Positions 26,190 through 38,890 of a DNA stretch of 64,000 nt are shown here, in pieces. The notes beneath the pieces were generated by a model, which was not told the DNA's origin, ran no database searches, and saw nothing but the letters and a program-made list of their open reading frames with translations. Every line of letters starts with the position of its first letter. Within the stretch, counting starts at the first letter, position 1. The position numbers and the translations under genes are program-made. Source of the stretch: Amphiscolops sp. MND2022 (lineage: Eukaryota); NCBI GenBank assembly GCA_964187785.1, contig OZ076409.1, positions 20,958,001-21,022,000 of the forward strand. The letters run 5' to 3'.

Positions 26190-29100
26190 TTTCCAGTTTG
26201 TTCAGATTCGCCACATCCACCGTCAAATCAAAACGGCAGTTGATAACCAGGAAACTTTCTTTTGCATCCAAAAAGCCGAAAGAGATATTGAACGTCTTCT
26301 TTTAGACGCCCTCGATTCCACTACATACTTGATTGACAATGAGCCTTAGGACACCACAGCAGAACAAATAATGAATGGTCTCATGGATCTACAGGAGGAA
26401 TCCTACGCTGTGATGAGACTCTTAAAACAATCTCAGCTTCAGAATACCACGACAACTGGGAGCAATTCTCCATCAACCAGCACTGCAGTAGCTCCCAACC
26501 CACAGTTGTCACCGCATGTAACAACGGGTTCATCCGACAACAGTCCGCACCCGTCTCTGCGCAATGATGTCCAAACGTGAAATGCGAGTTGTCCGAAGTT
26601 GAAAAAGACTCCATTTGACAGTAACCTAATGAACTGGAATTTCTGGGTCGGTTTATTCAAAACCATGATTGATAGTAATCCACTCCACGATGCTGAGATG
26701 ACACACTTACAAACGTTGACAGTCGGTCGTGCCAACGAAGCATTTCGCGGCTTCTCATGTAACAGTTCAATGTACCAGGCTGCTTTAGATGAACTTGAAC
26801 ACCGTTTTGAACAGCCTGACATAATTTTCAACAGTTTCTTCGACAAATTACGTACTGTGAAAACGCCAAGTTTCCAAAATCCACTAACATTTATGGAATT
26901 CTCCTCGTTTGTCAACAACTTAGGAGAATGTTTCCGTCGTTTGAGTTTTGAGAACGATCCGAATTCGACAGCTTACACTCAAATCGCAGCTGATAGGTTG
27001 TCGCTGAAAGACCGCCTTCGTTGGAACGAATACATTGTACAAAGTCAGATAACAAGTGTAACTCTGTTCGATTTCAACCGATGGTTACGACAGTTTGCAC
27101 TAGCTTGCGATCGGATGCCAAATGTGACACAATCCTACCGCCCCAGCAACAATATCGACGCCCGTCCTCGTCATAGTGCTCCGTCTAAGCGACCTGACCA
27201 ACCTAAATTTCCACTCGATAACCGAAACCACTACCTTGGACATTGTGAAACCTTCAAAAAGATATCCGCTGGAAGTAGAAAGAAGCAATGCTTTGACCTG
27301 AAACGTTGTTTTAACAGCTTGCTCATACAGTAAAGGAATGTAAAAGTCAATCTCGATGTATATCCTGCAATGGTACGCATCATACATTGCTCCATGAGCC
27401 TTCATCATCCAATGAGAAACAACATCCTAGTCAGTCGCTAACTACCACTGATAGCCACAACGCACCCAAAGGAAGTAAGCCTTCACAACTACTTCAAGTG
27501 CTACCCGTATCTGTAAGTTCGAACGATATTACGCTCAACACGTACGCTCTGCTCGACATGGGTAGCACCTGCAGATTTCTTCTTCAGGACTCAGCCGACA
27601 AACTTAATCTTACTTCTCGACTAGCGCAACCAGCCGAGCATATATTTGTCAAAGGCATTCATAAAACCGTGGAACTTGAGGTACACCTGTTAGCGTTCAA
27701 GTCAAAGGTTTCGCAATAGAGTCCCCCGCCACTGACATCAACAACTGACTTTTTGTAAAAACTCTGAAGTTCGATCACGCATCGCCCGCAGTTTTGTACA
27801 ATTTGTGTGAGAAGTATAGCCATTTGAACGATTTCATATTTCCATCGTTTTCCGACAATCAAATCACTATGCTGATAGGAATTGACAACTTCGATTTGAT
27901 AGTGCCAACTGAAGTTCTCACTGGTCCTCCAATTACACTTAAAGCACTTGAATGTAAACTTGGCTGGAGCATTTATGTACCAAACAATATCAACACGATT
28001 TGCACTTCATCAACGACACTTCACATCTCAGTCCAGTCCGAAGATGATAAAGTGTCGGAATTAGTGTCCAGTTGGTGGCGACTAGAGTCACAAGCCACTT
28101 CTCGGGAATTAGCTCCATCCAAAGATGACCAACGCGCCCTAACAATATTGGAAAAAACGACCAAACACGTCGATGGTCGTTATGAAGTTGGCCTTCTATG
28201 GAAGGAAAACGTTGCATTGCCAAAAAATTATGCCGCTGCTGTCAGTCACTTCATCAAAACTAAAGAGAGACTTGACAAAGACGAAAAATTATTTGAACTT
28301 TACTCAAAAATATTTTTCCACGATTTTGAACGAGGTTTCATCCGCAAAATTGATTTACCTCAAACGGGTTGGCTGCTACCAGAACATCCAGTAACTAAAC
28401 CCAAAAAACTGGGTGAGGTCCGCAGAGTTTCGAATGCTGCCGCGAAATATCAAGGTGTTTGTCTAAATGACATGCTTTTAACAGGCCCTTATATCCTTGC
28501 AAAATTAGTATTCGTGATATTCAGGTTCCAGGAGAAACCAGTACCAATCCCTGCTGATATCGAAGCTATGTATATGCAGATTTCAGTTCGCCCAGAAAAT
28601 AGAAAACTCTTACAATTTCTCTGGAGGAAAGACGAAGCTCAAATGTACGAATATATGCGACAAATTTTCGGGCAAAATGTTCACCAACTTGCGCTAACTA
28701 CGCGCTTCAAAAATGTGCTTCAGATCAAAAGGAAATTTATCCAGCTGTTCACTGAATAGTTCTTGAAAATTTTTACATGGATGATTTGTTTCTTTCAGTT
28801 GACACAATAGACGAAGCAAAGTCTGTTATCAACAATCTCAGAAGTGCTCTGCGACATGGAGGTTTCAATTTAACAAAAGGGGTCAGCACTAACACATATG
28901 TTCTCAACTGTTTGCCGAGCGATGGACTTAGAGAGCCTCCAGATAAACAAATTTCACAAAACCGTGTACTTGGTGTGCCTTGGAATTTAAACGAAGACAC
29001 GTTGAGCTCAAACCTGACTCCGATGAACCTCATCAGATGTGACATGACAAACACAGCTATTGCAGGCAATTTCTTCGATTTTCGATCCTCTCGGTATTGC

Positions 29101-31307
29101 AATCCTTGTAACTATCCGACTTCGGATGATATTGCAAACTGTTTGGCAATCGGGAAAGACATCGGACGAGCCCTTGTCGGCTGAAGCGTTTCCCAGTTTG
29201 AAACAAATTGCCTCTGAATTGGTCTGCTTGCAACCGCTAGCAATACCGCGACATTATTTCCTCAGCGACAAACAGTCAGTAGACCTTCAAGTGTTCTGTG
29301 ACGCCTCCTACGCCGCTATATGTGCTGTTGCCTACTTTGTTCTCAATCAAGGTGAGATTCGTTTTCGGAAAAGCTCGAGTCGCTCCCATTAAACAGCAAA
29401 CTACTACGACACTTGAATTGCATTCGGCACTTCGGGGATCACGTATCTCAAAATTTATCTGTCGTGAGCATCGCATAATTTTTTCTCGTACTTTGTTTTG
29501 GGCCGGTAGTACTGTTTTGCAATGGATATACGGTTCCGTAATCGACAGCAAATTTTCGTTGCCAACCGAATGGCCGAAATGCTTGAAACATCTCAGTCCT
29601 GCCAATTGCGACACGTGCCTGGAATTTTAAATTCAGCTGACGATGGTACTCGTGGGCTCAAAGTTTCTGATTTTACGGTCTCCTCCAGTTGGTTTACTAG
29701 ACCTGACTTTAGTGCAAAGAAAGAAATCACTGGCCGGTAAATAACATTCCCACTGCAGGGAAACTCAGGTATTGTTTTTTGCCAATGCAGACTCTAGACA
29801 TTTTCCAGAACCATTTTTTATAGCAACCGTTTCTCTAAATGGAATCGCTTCCTCAGATGTTGTGCCTTTGTTCAGAATGCCATAACTAAACTCCGGAAAA
29901 CTTTGTCTACGGCTGCTACTGCTCTCACCGCCACTGATATGCAGAACTCCCGCATCATTTTATTTAAGATATCTCAAGAACAGACTTTCCACAAAGACAT
30001 CCAGTCGTGGAATCCATTTTCCCTTTGTTCGTCGGGTAACCGCTTGGTAAAACTCTCTCCTTTTCTTGATAAAAATGGATTACTTAGATCACGCAGTCGC
30101 CTCGCGAACTCCCAATTTGACTACGCGGTCAAAAATCCTATTATTTTGGACGCGAAGTATCCACTTGTCAGACTCTTGCCTTTTCAAACGCATTGCGACA
30201 ACCACCACTCAGGCGTTGAACATACTAGAAAAACCCCTCAACTGCATTACTGGGTTTTTTTGTCGCGCTGTTCTCAGGCAGGTAATAAATGCTTGTCATG
30301 CTTGTCGACGTCAGAAAGCCGCCGGTCTTCAAACTCAAATGGCAGATCTTCCCATGTGCAGGTTTCCTACCGATACACCTTTTCTGTTCCTTCATTGTGG
30401 TCTGGATATTTTTGGTCCCTATCCAGTTTTCAAAAAATCCATGGATCCAGTGCATCAGAAGCGCTCTGGACTCTTGATCACTTGCTTGATAACCAGAGCG
30501 GTCCACGAGGAATTAACATACAGCCTGCCTGCGGACTCCTTCATAAATAGTTTCCGACGTTTCGTCTCTCGTCGAGGATGCCCTGGTAGCATAAAGTCTG
30601 ACAGGGCCACCAATTGTGTGGGTGCTAACAAAAGTTTGAATGAAGCCATCAAAGTCCTGATCTCCACCGATATTGCCAATTTTTTTTGCAGTCAAGGAAA
30701 TTCATTGGGAACTCAATCCCGCCTCAGCACCATAATTTGGCGGTGTTTAAGAGCGCCTGATTCGATCATTCAAAGACTCTATGTCTTCAGTCCTTGGCTC
30801 AAAAACGCTGACAGATGAAATTCTTTTGACAGTTTTTGCTGAAGTCGAAAGCTTTCTCAACGCACAACCTTTGACGTATGTCTCTTCTGATCCCGAAGAT
30901 TCTGAGTCACTTACCCCTAACTACCTTAACAATTTTTTAAGGAAGACCCGAGTTGAATGCTCCTCTTGGTATCTTCGAAGTCACCGCTCCTTTGACCAAA
31001 CAATGGCAAATACGCTCTCAAATTGTCATCCTACCTTTGGAACCGCCTACTGAATGAATTTGTGCCTTCCTTGCGCCACCGCACAAAATGGACAAACAAA
31101 TCAGGTAATTTGAAACCAGGCGAATTTGTTTGGATTTTGGAAGATTACACACCTCGTTGCACTTGGCCTGTTGGTCGGATCGTCAAGCCTTTGAATTGTG
31201 ATCGGAACGACCAGATCAGAAAATATGAAGTCAAAACGAACAAGGGTAAAAGGACAATGGCTACTGTTAAAATAGCCCCTATTTTAGCTAAAAATAATGC
31301 CATTTAA
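26190..31307 (+). pseudogene. BEL/Pao gag-pol, copy 2 (to the integrase C-terminus)
   Basis: Direct repeat of copy 1 at offset 4649. PR YALLDMGS; ends in the Pao integrase tail (WNRLLNEFVPSLRHRTKW...WPVGRI). Confidence 0.9.
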
Positions 31308-31416
31308 ATAATGTTCACTCAAATTACATCATCGTTCCATTTCGTTATCACTGTGTTGTTCACGAACTCAACGTTACATAGTTTGTATCACTTCAAGTTT
31401 TTGTTTTATGATCAAT

Positions 31417-32020
31417 ATGAGGTATCATACCTTCAAGTCTTCCACGACAAAGAATGTTTTGATTTCGGATTCTCAAGCAAAGTATCTTTTCTTCCAAAAT
31501 TTCAATATTTTATCAATTCCTGGGGAGGATCAAGGACGTTTGGTTATTTCTAAGGTCTACCGGTGAAAATGTATTAATAGTTCTGTTCATTGGAGGAAAT
31601 GACTTTTTCGAGTTCCAAAGACTTTCCGGGATTTCCTCCCAGAGCGCAGCTGACCAACTCAGTGAACTTGCTGAACATTTGAAAGAGTTATCGAGTAAAG
31701 TCTTCATCATTGGCATTCCTCCTCGAATGAATCAACCTGAACGCTCCCTGGCAGTCAACAGTCAATTAGCTGAAAAATCTCTTACTACAACTTCATGGCA
31801 ATTCCGAGGAATATCAAGTTCTATTTACAATTGTGATATTCACACAAAATCAGATGATGTACATCTTATTGAGAAAGGACTGAGCGGTATCAAATCAATT
31901 TTGAAGAAAAAGATACTTAGAAATCGATTCAATGCAGTTTTGGACAATGTTGGTCATACAAGTTTATTTGTATGTTCAGGGAAGTGCAAATGTGGATCTG
32001 CAAGAGCTTCTTATTGCTGA
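31417..32020 (+). pseudogene. SGNH/GDSL esterase-like accessory ORF of the BEL/Pao element (one frameshift at ~31525)
   Basis: Joined translation shows all four blocks in order: NVLISDSQ, ILSIPG.RIKDV, VLFIGGND, KSDDVHL. Confidence 0.75.
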
Positions 32021-32059
32021 GTCAAAGTTTCATCAATTTTGAGACTACTTACTGCTTTC

Positions 32060-32196
32060 TTCAGCCCCGGTACTTTTTTAAGTCCCTTGGCTAAACTATC
32101 CGCAGTTCTTTCAGCCCCTGTACTTGTTTTAGTTCCACTGGCTGAATTATCCGCAGCTCTTTTCAGCCCCGGTACTTTTTTGAGTTCCACTGGCTG
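32060..32196 (+). repeat. ~51-bp tandem repeat (~2.7 copies) in the BEL/Pao 3' UTR
   Basis: TTCAGCCCC(G/T)GTACTT...TGGCT(A/G)AA(C/T)TATCCGCAG repeated. Confidence 0.85.
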
Positions 32197-32379
32197 ACCG
32201 CAAACTTTTTCTGGTAGTCACATTGCTGATTAGTTAACATTACAAAATACTGGTTAAAACTTTCGATTTATTCCATACTTTGATACGTTAAATCCAGTAA
32301 GTTACGTTTCTATTCCTCAGGAGAAAGTAAACGGCTGTTTACCCGTTTCTTTGACTTCGCAGAGCAAAATGGGGACCGC

Positions 32380-32637
32380 TGTCACGAATGACTCAATGGA
32401 TTTTATGAATGAGTTTATCAATGGACTTTTTATTTCAATCAATTTCATGATGACCTTCTCATTCATGACTTATTCACTTTTTTGGTTCTACTTTGCCTTG
32501 ACTGGTCAGACATTCCTTGCTCTCAATGAATTATGGACATTATTATATAGACTGAATGTAACAAACTATGATGAATGAACGATGACATTACTGAATAAAC
32601 GCAAGAGGTTTGTAGTTAAACCCACTTATTTCTAACA
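32380..32637 (+). repeat. BEL/Pao 3' LTR
   Basis: Matches the 5' LTR; preceded by purine-rich AGAGCAAAATGGGGACCGC (PPT). Confidence 0.95.
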
Positions 32638-34385
32638 CTTGTATTTAATATTGCGTTAAACTAAGGAGGAGGCAGATGTTCGACAAAAGCGCTCCCATTT
32701 GTCTCAGCAAGCTATTTCCGAACTTTTGACGTTATATTCGTAGTTGATTGTGTTTTACTACGGAGGAAGCGGCGCTTCGAAACAATTGCGCGATATCGGA
32801 ATTTTGACGTTTTATCAAAAGTAAATTGCGTTTTAACATGGTATATTTCCGATTAAGTGTTTATTGTTAGCCATTTGAAGGCGGAAAATATCACTTGGGC
32901 ATTAGTTTAGATATGATTTGTTTTATTTTTGATTTGATTTCATTGCAATAAAATTTAGTACGGAGTCGCTTTCTTTCTTCACACCACTGTGCAGTGCATC
33001 GTTGATAACAAAAACCCTGTTCCTTTAATTTTTGAAAATTTTTTTGGAACTGTGCAATTCGTGTCAAAACAAAAAATAACACGTCTTAGCCACGGAGTTA
33101 GTCTATATATTTGTCCGTCAGATTCGCAAACGTAATTATCGTTCGAAGTTTTCCGAAGGCGTAATATAATGGCTCTGTAACTTTGAAATGTTTCTGCTTC
33201 CTTTTAAACGCCCACCTTGATACCCGTTAATGAAATTGTAAATAAGCAGATCACCAAAAGATTCGATTTAAACCCACGCTGTAGTTTTTTTGAGAATTTC
33301 ATAAAATAATCGGGAAGCGGCTGCTGTGATAAATTTTTCCATGACGTCATGTATAATAATTCGATTTAGGCAAAATCTCCTCACTCAATTTCTTCCTCAG
33401 TTTAGCGTGGGAAGAGATATAAAACAACAAAGAAGACCCTTTGATGACTACTTGAAAAATTCACGTAATATTATTCAAAATTGATGAATGGTTCCAATGA
33501 TCTTTGAATGCTTAATAATGATTGATAGACACGATTCAATAATTGGAATAGAATACAAAACACTAATATGTTAATCCCAGGGTGAAGGAATACCAATTCG
33601 CACTATTTTTTCAAGGTTTTCATTCAATTTTTATGGAATTAAAAACATGACATTAAAACCTTGTCGATTTCCGCACAAATACATGTTTGTGTTGAAACAA
33701 CCCTTCAATGCCCTCGCAAACATTAAAGTCTCATGATTCGGTCATTTCAATAAAAAAATTAATTAATGAAATAAATATAGGTGCATTGTTGCATTTTTAT
33801 AAACAAATAGTTATTTGTGATAGAAAGATTTGTATCAATTTAGTCTTTTCAGTGGAAGTAGAAAAGATCAATTGATCAAATCATATCAAGAGTTTCTACG
33901 AGTTATTTGTGCAAACTTGGATAGTTCTTCTTTGTGCTTTTTTGTGGTTCAACAATAATGGAAACTGATCAATTTTTTGTTTCTTTACTCAAAATGTTCA
34001 ATTAGTAAATGGTCTGACTGTTTTTCTTGCAACGATTTATTCTCACAGAATTTTTAATTTCTTGTTTTCATGATTGTGATTTTTTCCAATAAGAAATCTT
34101 TTCCATTCTCTTTCCTTGAGATTTTCACATTTGTAAAAGATGTACAAAACCAAAGGGTTCTACTTGGGAATCATTTTTCGGAATTGCGTGACATTTCGAA
34201 AATAAAATCCGTTTCCCAACAGATTCTCACTTTGGTTTTTTGATGTTTTCAGTTACATAAAAGCACAAAGAGAACAGATTTATAGAAAAATTTTGTGGTT
34301 TTCAGTTTGTTTTCACGAAGTCTCCTGAATGTGGGGAATAGAAGAATATATGTTTATTGTGTTTTTGTTTGTGGTGTTGGAGGCC

Positions 34386-34572
34386 CTAACTGACTTCTAC
34401 CCCTCTTTTAGGTATGGTGCTGAGGTCCTGCACTACTCTGGGGTTGGGTTTGGGCATTTCCAGGGCCGCACTCAGGGTGCCTTGTCGAATGAGGGCGTTG
34501 ACCAAGGCCTCTCTGTTCTCTTCTGACGTCACGTTCGCTACTTCCAACTCCAGAATTTGGTATTTCGTTTTG
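34386..34572 (-). CDS. GTPase-like gene, last exon
   Basis: ttgcag acceptor; phase 2 matches the previous exon; (S)KTKYQILELEVANVTSEENREALVNAL...VEVS*. Confidence 0.7.
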
Positions 34573-35418
34573 CTGCAATTGAAAAATTTACAGTGCTCCT
34601 CACAACAGAAATTGAAACGAAGTTTCACTATTTCCTTTTGAGAAAAATTTTTTATTTTATAATTTACTCAAAGAATTGTTTATTCATTTGAAAAAAGAGT
34701 TTGTTTTTTGAAGCACAAATCTTTAATGATTTTGTTTTTTAATTTTTCATAGAAAAACATTGTTTTGAAGTTCAAGTGAACTCTGCTGTAAATACTACAC
34801 TAGCAGACCTAGGAACGGGAATAATTAACCCTAAATAGCCTAGCGGTACTTTAAAGCAGCCTACCTTTTTCCTTTTTTCAATTTTTTTTCCGTTTTCCCA
34901 GCAGCCCATATTCTTTAGCATAGCTTTTATTCAACAGTTTGTTGGTACCGTGTTTGGTTTGAACGGCAAAAGCATTAGCGAAAGTATAATGTTCTCCAAA
35001 GCTGACAAAAATCGGGGTTTTCTTGTTGCTATGGGATTTTCAAAAATTTCAAGATGATTTTTCGAAAATTTGCAAAAACGTGCAAATCAAATAGGGCTAA
35101 GATCATCTCGGTTGCCAATCATGTTAAGTTACTTGCATACTGTCCCACGTTTTGAAACTTTAGCGCATTAGCATGAATAAAAGGCTAGCTTGAATATACT
35201 AAATTATTAAATTGTTTCAATTCTCAGGAATATAACTTTCGAAAAAATTTCTAAAGCTAAAAAACATTCATAAAAAACACTGATAAAAAAACAAAAAATT
35301 TTCTTCGAAGTTCTAGCAATTTAGCCTCCTTTTTTTCTTCTTCCCAGGGGTACATCCATCTATTTCTTTAATGACCTCACGTTAAATGTGACCAAAAGAA
35401 TGTAAGTGACGGTCTCAC

Positions 35419-35614
35419 CTGATGATTTGGTCGTACTTGATCTGGTGACGGGCGCGCATCTTGTCGATGGCAGTGGCGGGGGCACTCTTCTTGGGCACCC
35501 CACAGTCCTTTTTGTTGTACACTATCAGCAGAGGAGGCACTTGATCCAACTTCTCGTGGAACGGGATCCACGACCGCGCATTGAAGTCCTCCAACGTCTT
35601 GGCAGAACTCGCAT
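35419..35614 (-). CDS. GTPase-like gene, exon with the G4 motif
   Basis: atgtag acceptor and gtgaga donor, phase 1-2; DASSAKTLEDF...PLLIVYNKKD. Confidence 0.8.
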
Positions 35615-36250
35615 CTACATAATCAACAAAACATTTTTTTAAATAAAAAAACACAAAACATTCGGTAGAATATCATTTCAGTCGTAAAAGGATCTAATAC
35701 ACTTGTAAATCTATTTAACATGAATATGTGGATGATGCCACAATCATTAACCGATACTGTTTTTTTCATTCCCCTAATTGTTTTTTAGAAATACTTGAGA
35801 GAGGGGAATGCTTTCAATGATCATGTGATTTTGATGAACCAGGTTTTTGGACCTTGCGTCAAGGTGATTTGATCACGGCAATATTAAGGTTAGTTAATAT
35901 CTCTGTTTTGACAGTTCTAAAACAGACCTTCGAATAGTTCCATTGCCCAAAGTCTTCTAAAATCAAGGCATACCCTTTAAAAAATTATGCCTCTGAAATC
36001 ATAAAAAGTATGTAATTTTGTTTTACAGAGGCAACCAATCAAAGTTGCGTTCATTTGTGCGGCTATTGAAGAATTGTAACTCGGGAGCAGTCTGATGTAG
36101 CTCCATATGTATTTATTCTCGCCTGTCATTAATTATAGTTTTTTCTACTGAGATTTTGTTGATTGGTTACTACGACTTGTATGAATGATCAATAGAGATT
36201 AAGATGAAGAAGAAAGTTGCTGAAGGTAAGAAGTAAAGTGTTATCATCAC

Positions 36251-36457
36251 CTAGGAAGATGGCGATGGCGTCTACATGCTGTATCATGTTCATGATGTCC
36301 TTCTCACTGCGCATGTCCATGTCTGGCTCCACGAAATGCACCTTCACTGACTTCTCCTCCCATTCATACTCCTCCTCCTCAAACCTCTTGTACGCAATGT
36401 CCACAGAGTTCCTGTGCAAGAAACATTCATCCATGTTGCAGTTTTCTTTGTAAGGAC
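36251..36457 (-). CDS. GTPase-like gene, internal exon
   Basis: atgcag acceptor and gtgatg donor, phase 1-1; ...YEWEEKSVKVHFVEPD...VDAIAIFL, joining in frame to DASS. Confidence 0.75.
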
Positions 36458-38150
36458 CTGCATGCATGTACATACATCTACATACAAGTAGAATCCTCAT
36501 GTTTTTTATCTACGCATGTTCTAAAACCATCACGTTTCTAACTGCGCTAGACAATCAATCGTTATCAGCAGCAGGGGACACACTAACACACATCAATTGA
36601 CTCTCTTCGCCCCGATTAGGCATCAATAACAATCGAGCCAATTCAGGCTGTGTGTGTTGGTACCTTAGAGAGACCTTTAGAATTGCGTTTTCTTTTTTTT
36701 TTAATGAGTGCAAAAAAGTTTCAAGAAAGTTTGACAATTTTCGACGAAAGGAGATTATTTTGGAAGATGTGAATAAATAACAACGGCCAGAAATCCTCGA
36801 AACACCATTCCTGTGATGATTCAAAAGAAAGAAGTAGCTATTGCTGTCCCCTTACTGGGGAAACCACAGAACTAGTATCCGGACCCTGTACAAAACAGCT
36901 TATTTTCAAAACCATATGAAACAGCTGGTCAATAACGAAGTCAAATTTCTATTTTTAAATAAAGGAAATCTCAAAACGATGACGAGTAGCCGTCATTATG
37001 CTTATGCAACCTTTAGAGAGAAGCGATCATGTTCAATATGAAATGAAAACGCTGAAAATTTGAAACGATCGTGGCGTCGAAGCGTTTTGAAATACAATTA
37101 AAATATGATAATAAAAAGATAATAAAAGATGAAAATAAATGATAATAAAAGATGATAAAAAACTTAAATACTGTATCCGAAGTGAAAATATCCAAGAGAA
37201 CAAAATATCCTTAGTTATCATAAATTATTATTCTAAACTGTCCTAATTGTTGGTTGTTACGCATTTGATAAGACTCGCGAAGGAATCACATGTTTTGTCT
37301 TTTTGGTTTCTTGGTCGTTTGTGGTTAGAGTACCTAACTGAAAACAAGGACTTCGTGAGTTCGAAACCCGGGCCTTACTGATCTATGTTAATTTGATATT
37401 TCTAGTTTTCATCTTGCAGAGGTATAGAATATCAAACCTACAAAGAACCAAATTCAGTTTTTTTCGGCAATATGCGACTTCTTTGTGACACCCTGGTGTT
37501 TTTGTTGTCCTATGATATAAAGTTCATCTAGGTGCGCCAAAGGGATCCTTTAATTCTTGTACTGTCGTAACAAGCATGTCGTGTTACTTCTTGCACATCA
37601 TCAATTTCATGGGCGTTTCCCATCGATGAACCCTCTCCTGAAGGTATTTTTGTATTCGAACTACAAGGTCCCAAGTGAGGCTGTGCACCTTTGACGACAA
37701 ACTCTCATTTAGCCTCAGTATTTTTCGTTGTCCAAATTCAGTGTCTTTGAGTCTCTTAGAAACTTTACTCTCAATTTTGTTTGTTATATCTTCAAAGTAT
37801 TTCTCAGACAAATTGGAGTTCTCGGCTTAGAGCTGGTTACTAGGCTCATTCTCATTTCTGCCTTCCTCGGGGGCGACTTTTGTGCATCTGTAACAACCAA
37901 AATTGACGTCAGCAAAACGTTGACAAGTTTGGGTAAGCGAATTTTTCAATTTGCAGCCAATAAAAACACGACGTTGACTTAACGTCAACACCTGGGATTA
38001 AAAAAGGATTAAAACGATTGATTAACCAATAAGAATGGAGGGATTTATCCCAACATTTTCCTTAATCCTAACTAATCCTAAATTCATTGTGAAATAACCA
38101 ACAGTGCAAACCAGCAATCTGCCGACTTACAACCGCCGCTGCAAAAAAAG

Positions 38151-38890
38151 ATGAGCACCTACAAAGGAGCCTATGAGCTAGTCGACATTTCGTCGAGCGA
38201 TGAAGAGGGAATCCTGGAAAGAGCGCCCACCCCTCTCCCGAGATGCGAGATTCCGAATTACCGTGTAGTACTAGAAGTTCCCCGTTCTCCCGCTGAAGCC
38301 ACGGTAGGGGATGAGAATATTTCGACTTGTCGTTAGAATCTCTGGAATCTGACTGCAAAAGAACGAGATTAAATCTAAGCTACGAATCTATCAAATCTGA
38401 AGTTTCTCCCGAAACGGAACTGGCATTTGAAAACTTGCGAGAAGAAGGGCCCTCAGATAGGCCCGAGAGCCCCGCCGAGAGCGTGTGTTCTGATGTGTTC
38501 ATCGTAGAAGAGCCTACCACTCACGAAGAATCCATACCGAGCAGTGAAGTGGCGGCAGAATACCTCGAACGAGTACAACAGGAAGACTCCGACTCTTACT
38601 TCGTCACTCCCCCGGCCCTATAAAGAAGGTAATTTTCCAAATAGCGAGCCCTCTAAATGACCCTCGGGGAAGAAGGCAACACGATCTGCATAACAGACAA
38701 CAGAGCGGAATTGCCCCAACTTCCATTCATGCCACCACAACCTGAGAGGTGTTCCCCCCCACAAGAGTGGCCCTGTCACAGCCCGCTCCCGATCTGGGAT
38801 GCTGCTGCGAACACATTGGAATCGGGACAAGGCACGGTTGCAGCCTGCGATTCCCCAGGTGGTACTTCAGCTGTTAAATTCAAACCTTAG
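38151..38890 (+). pseudogene. Disrupted acidic Ser/Pro-rich ORF of unknown origin, antisense within the GTPase intron
   Basis: Three consecutive GC-richer ORF pieces separated by frameshifts and stops; AATAAA at 38904-38909. Confidence 0.45.

Larger units (their letters stand above)
20950..32637 (+). mobile_element. BEL/Pao LTR retrotransposon, decayed, with internal tandem duplication
   Basis: 258-bp TG...CA LTRs at both ends; 5-bp flanks CTTTT/CTTGT (TSD with 1 mismatch); PBS; PPT; Pao-type gag-PR-RT-RH-IN motifs. Confidence 0.95.
19797..32989 (+). mobile_element. Tc1/mariner DNA transposon (~1.5 kb) split by the BEL/Pao insertion
   Basis: TIRs CAGTGGTGTGAAGTAAGAAGGCGAC (19797-19821) and GTCGCTTTCTTTCTTCACACCACTG (32965-32989); TA on the left, TG on the right. 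Confidence 0.85.

Noticed and set aside
34825..34850. TTAA-CCCTAAAT piggyBac-like end
   Set aside because: No matching opposite terminus found.
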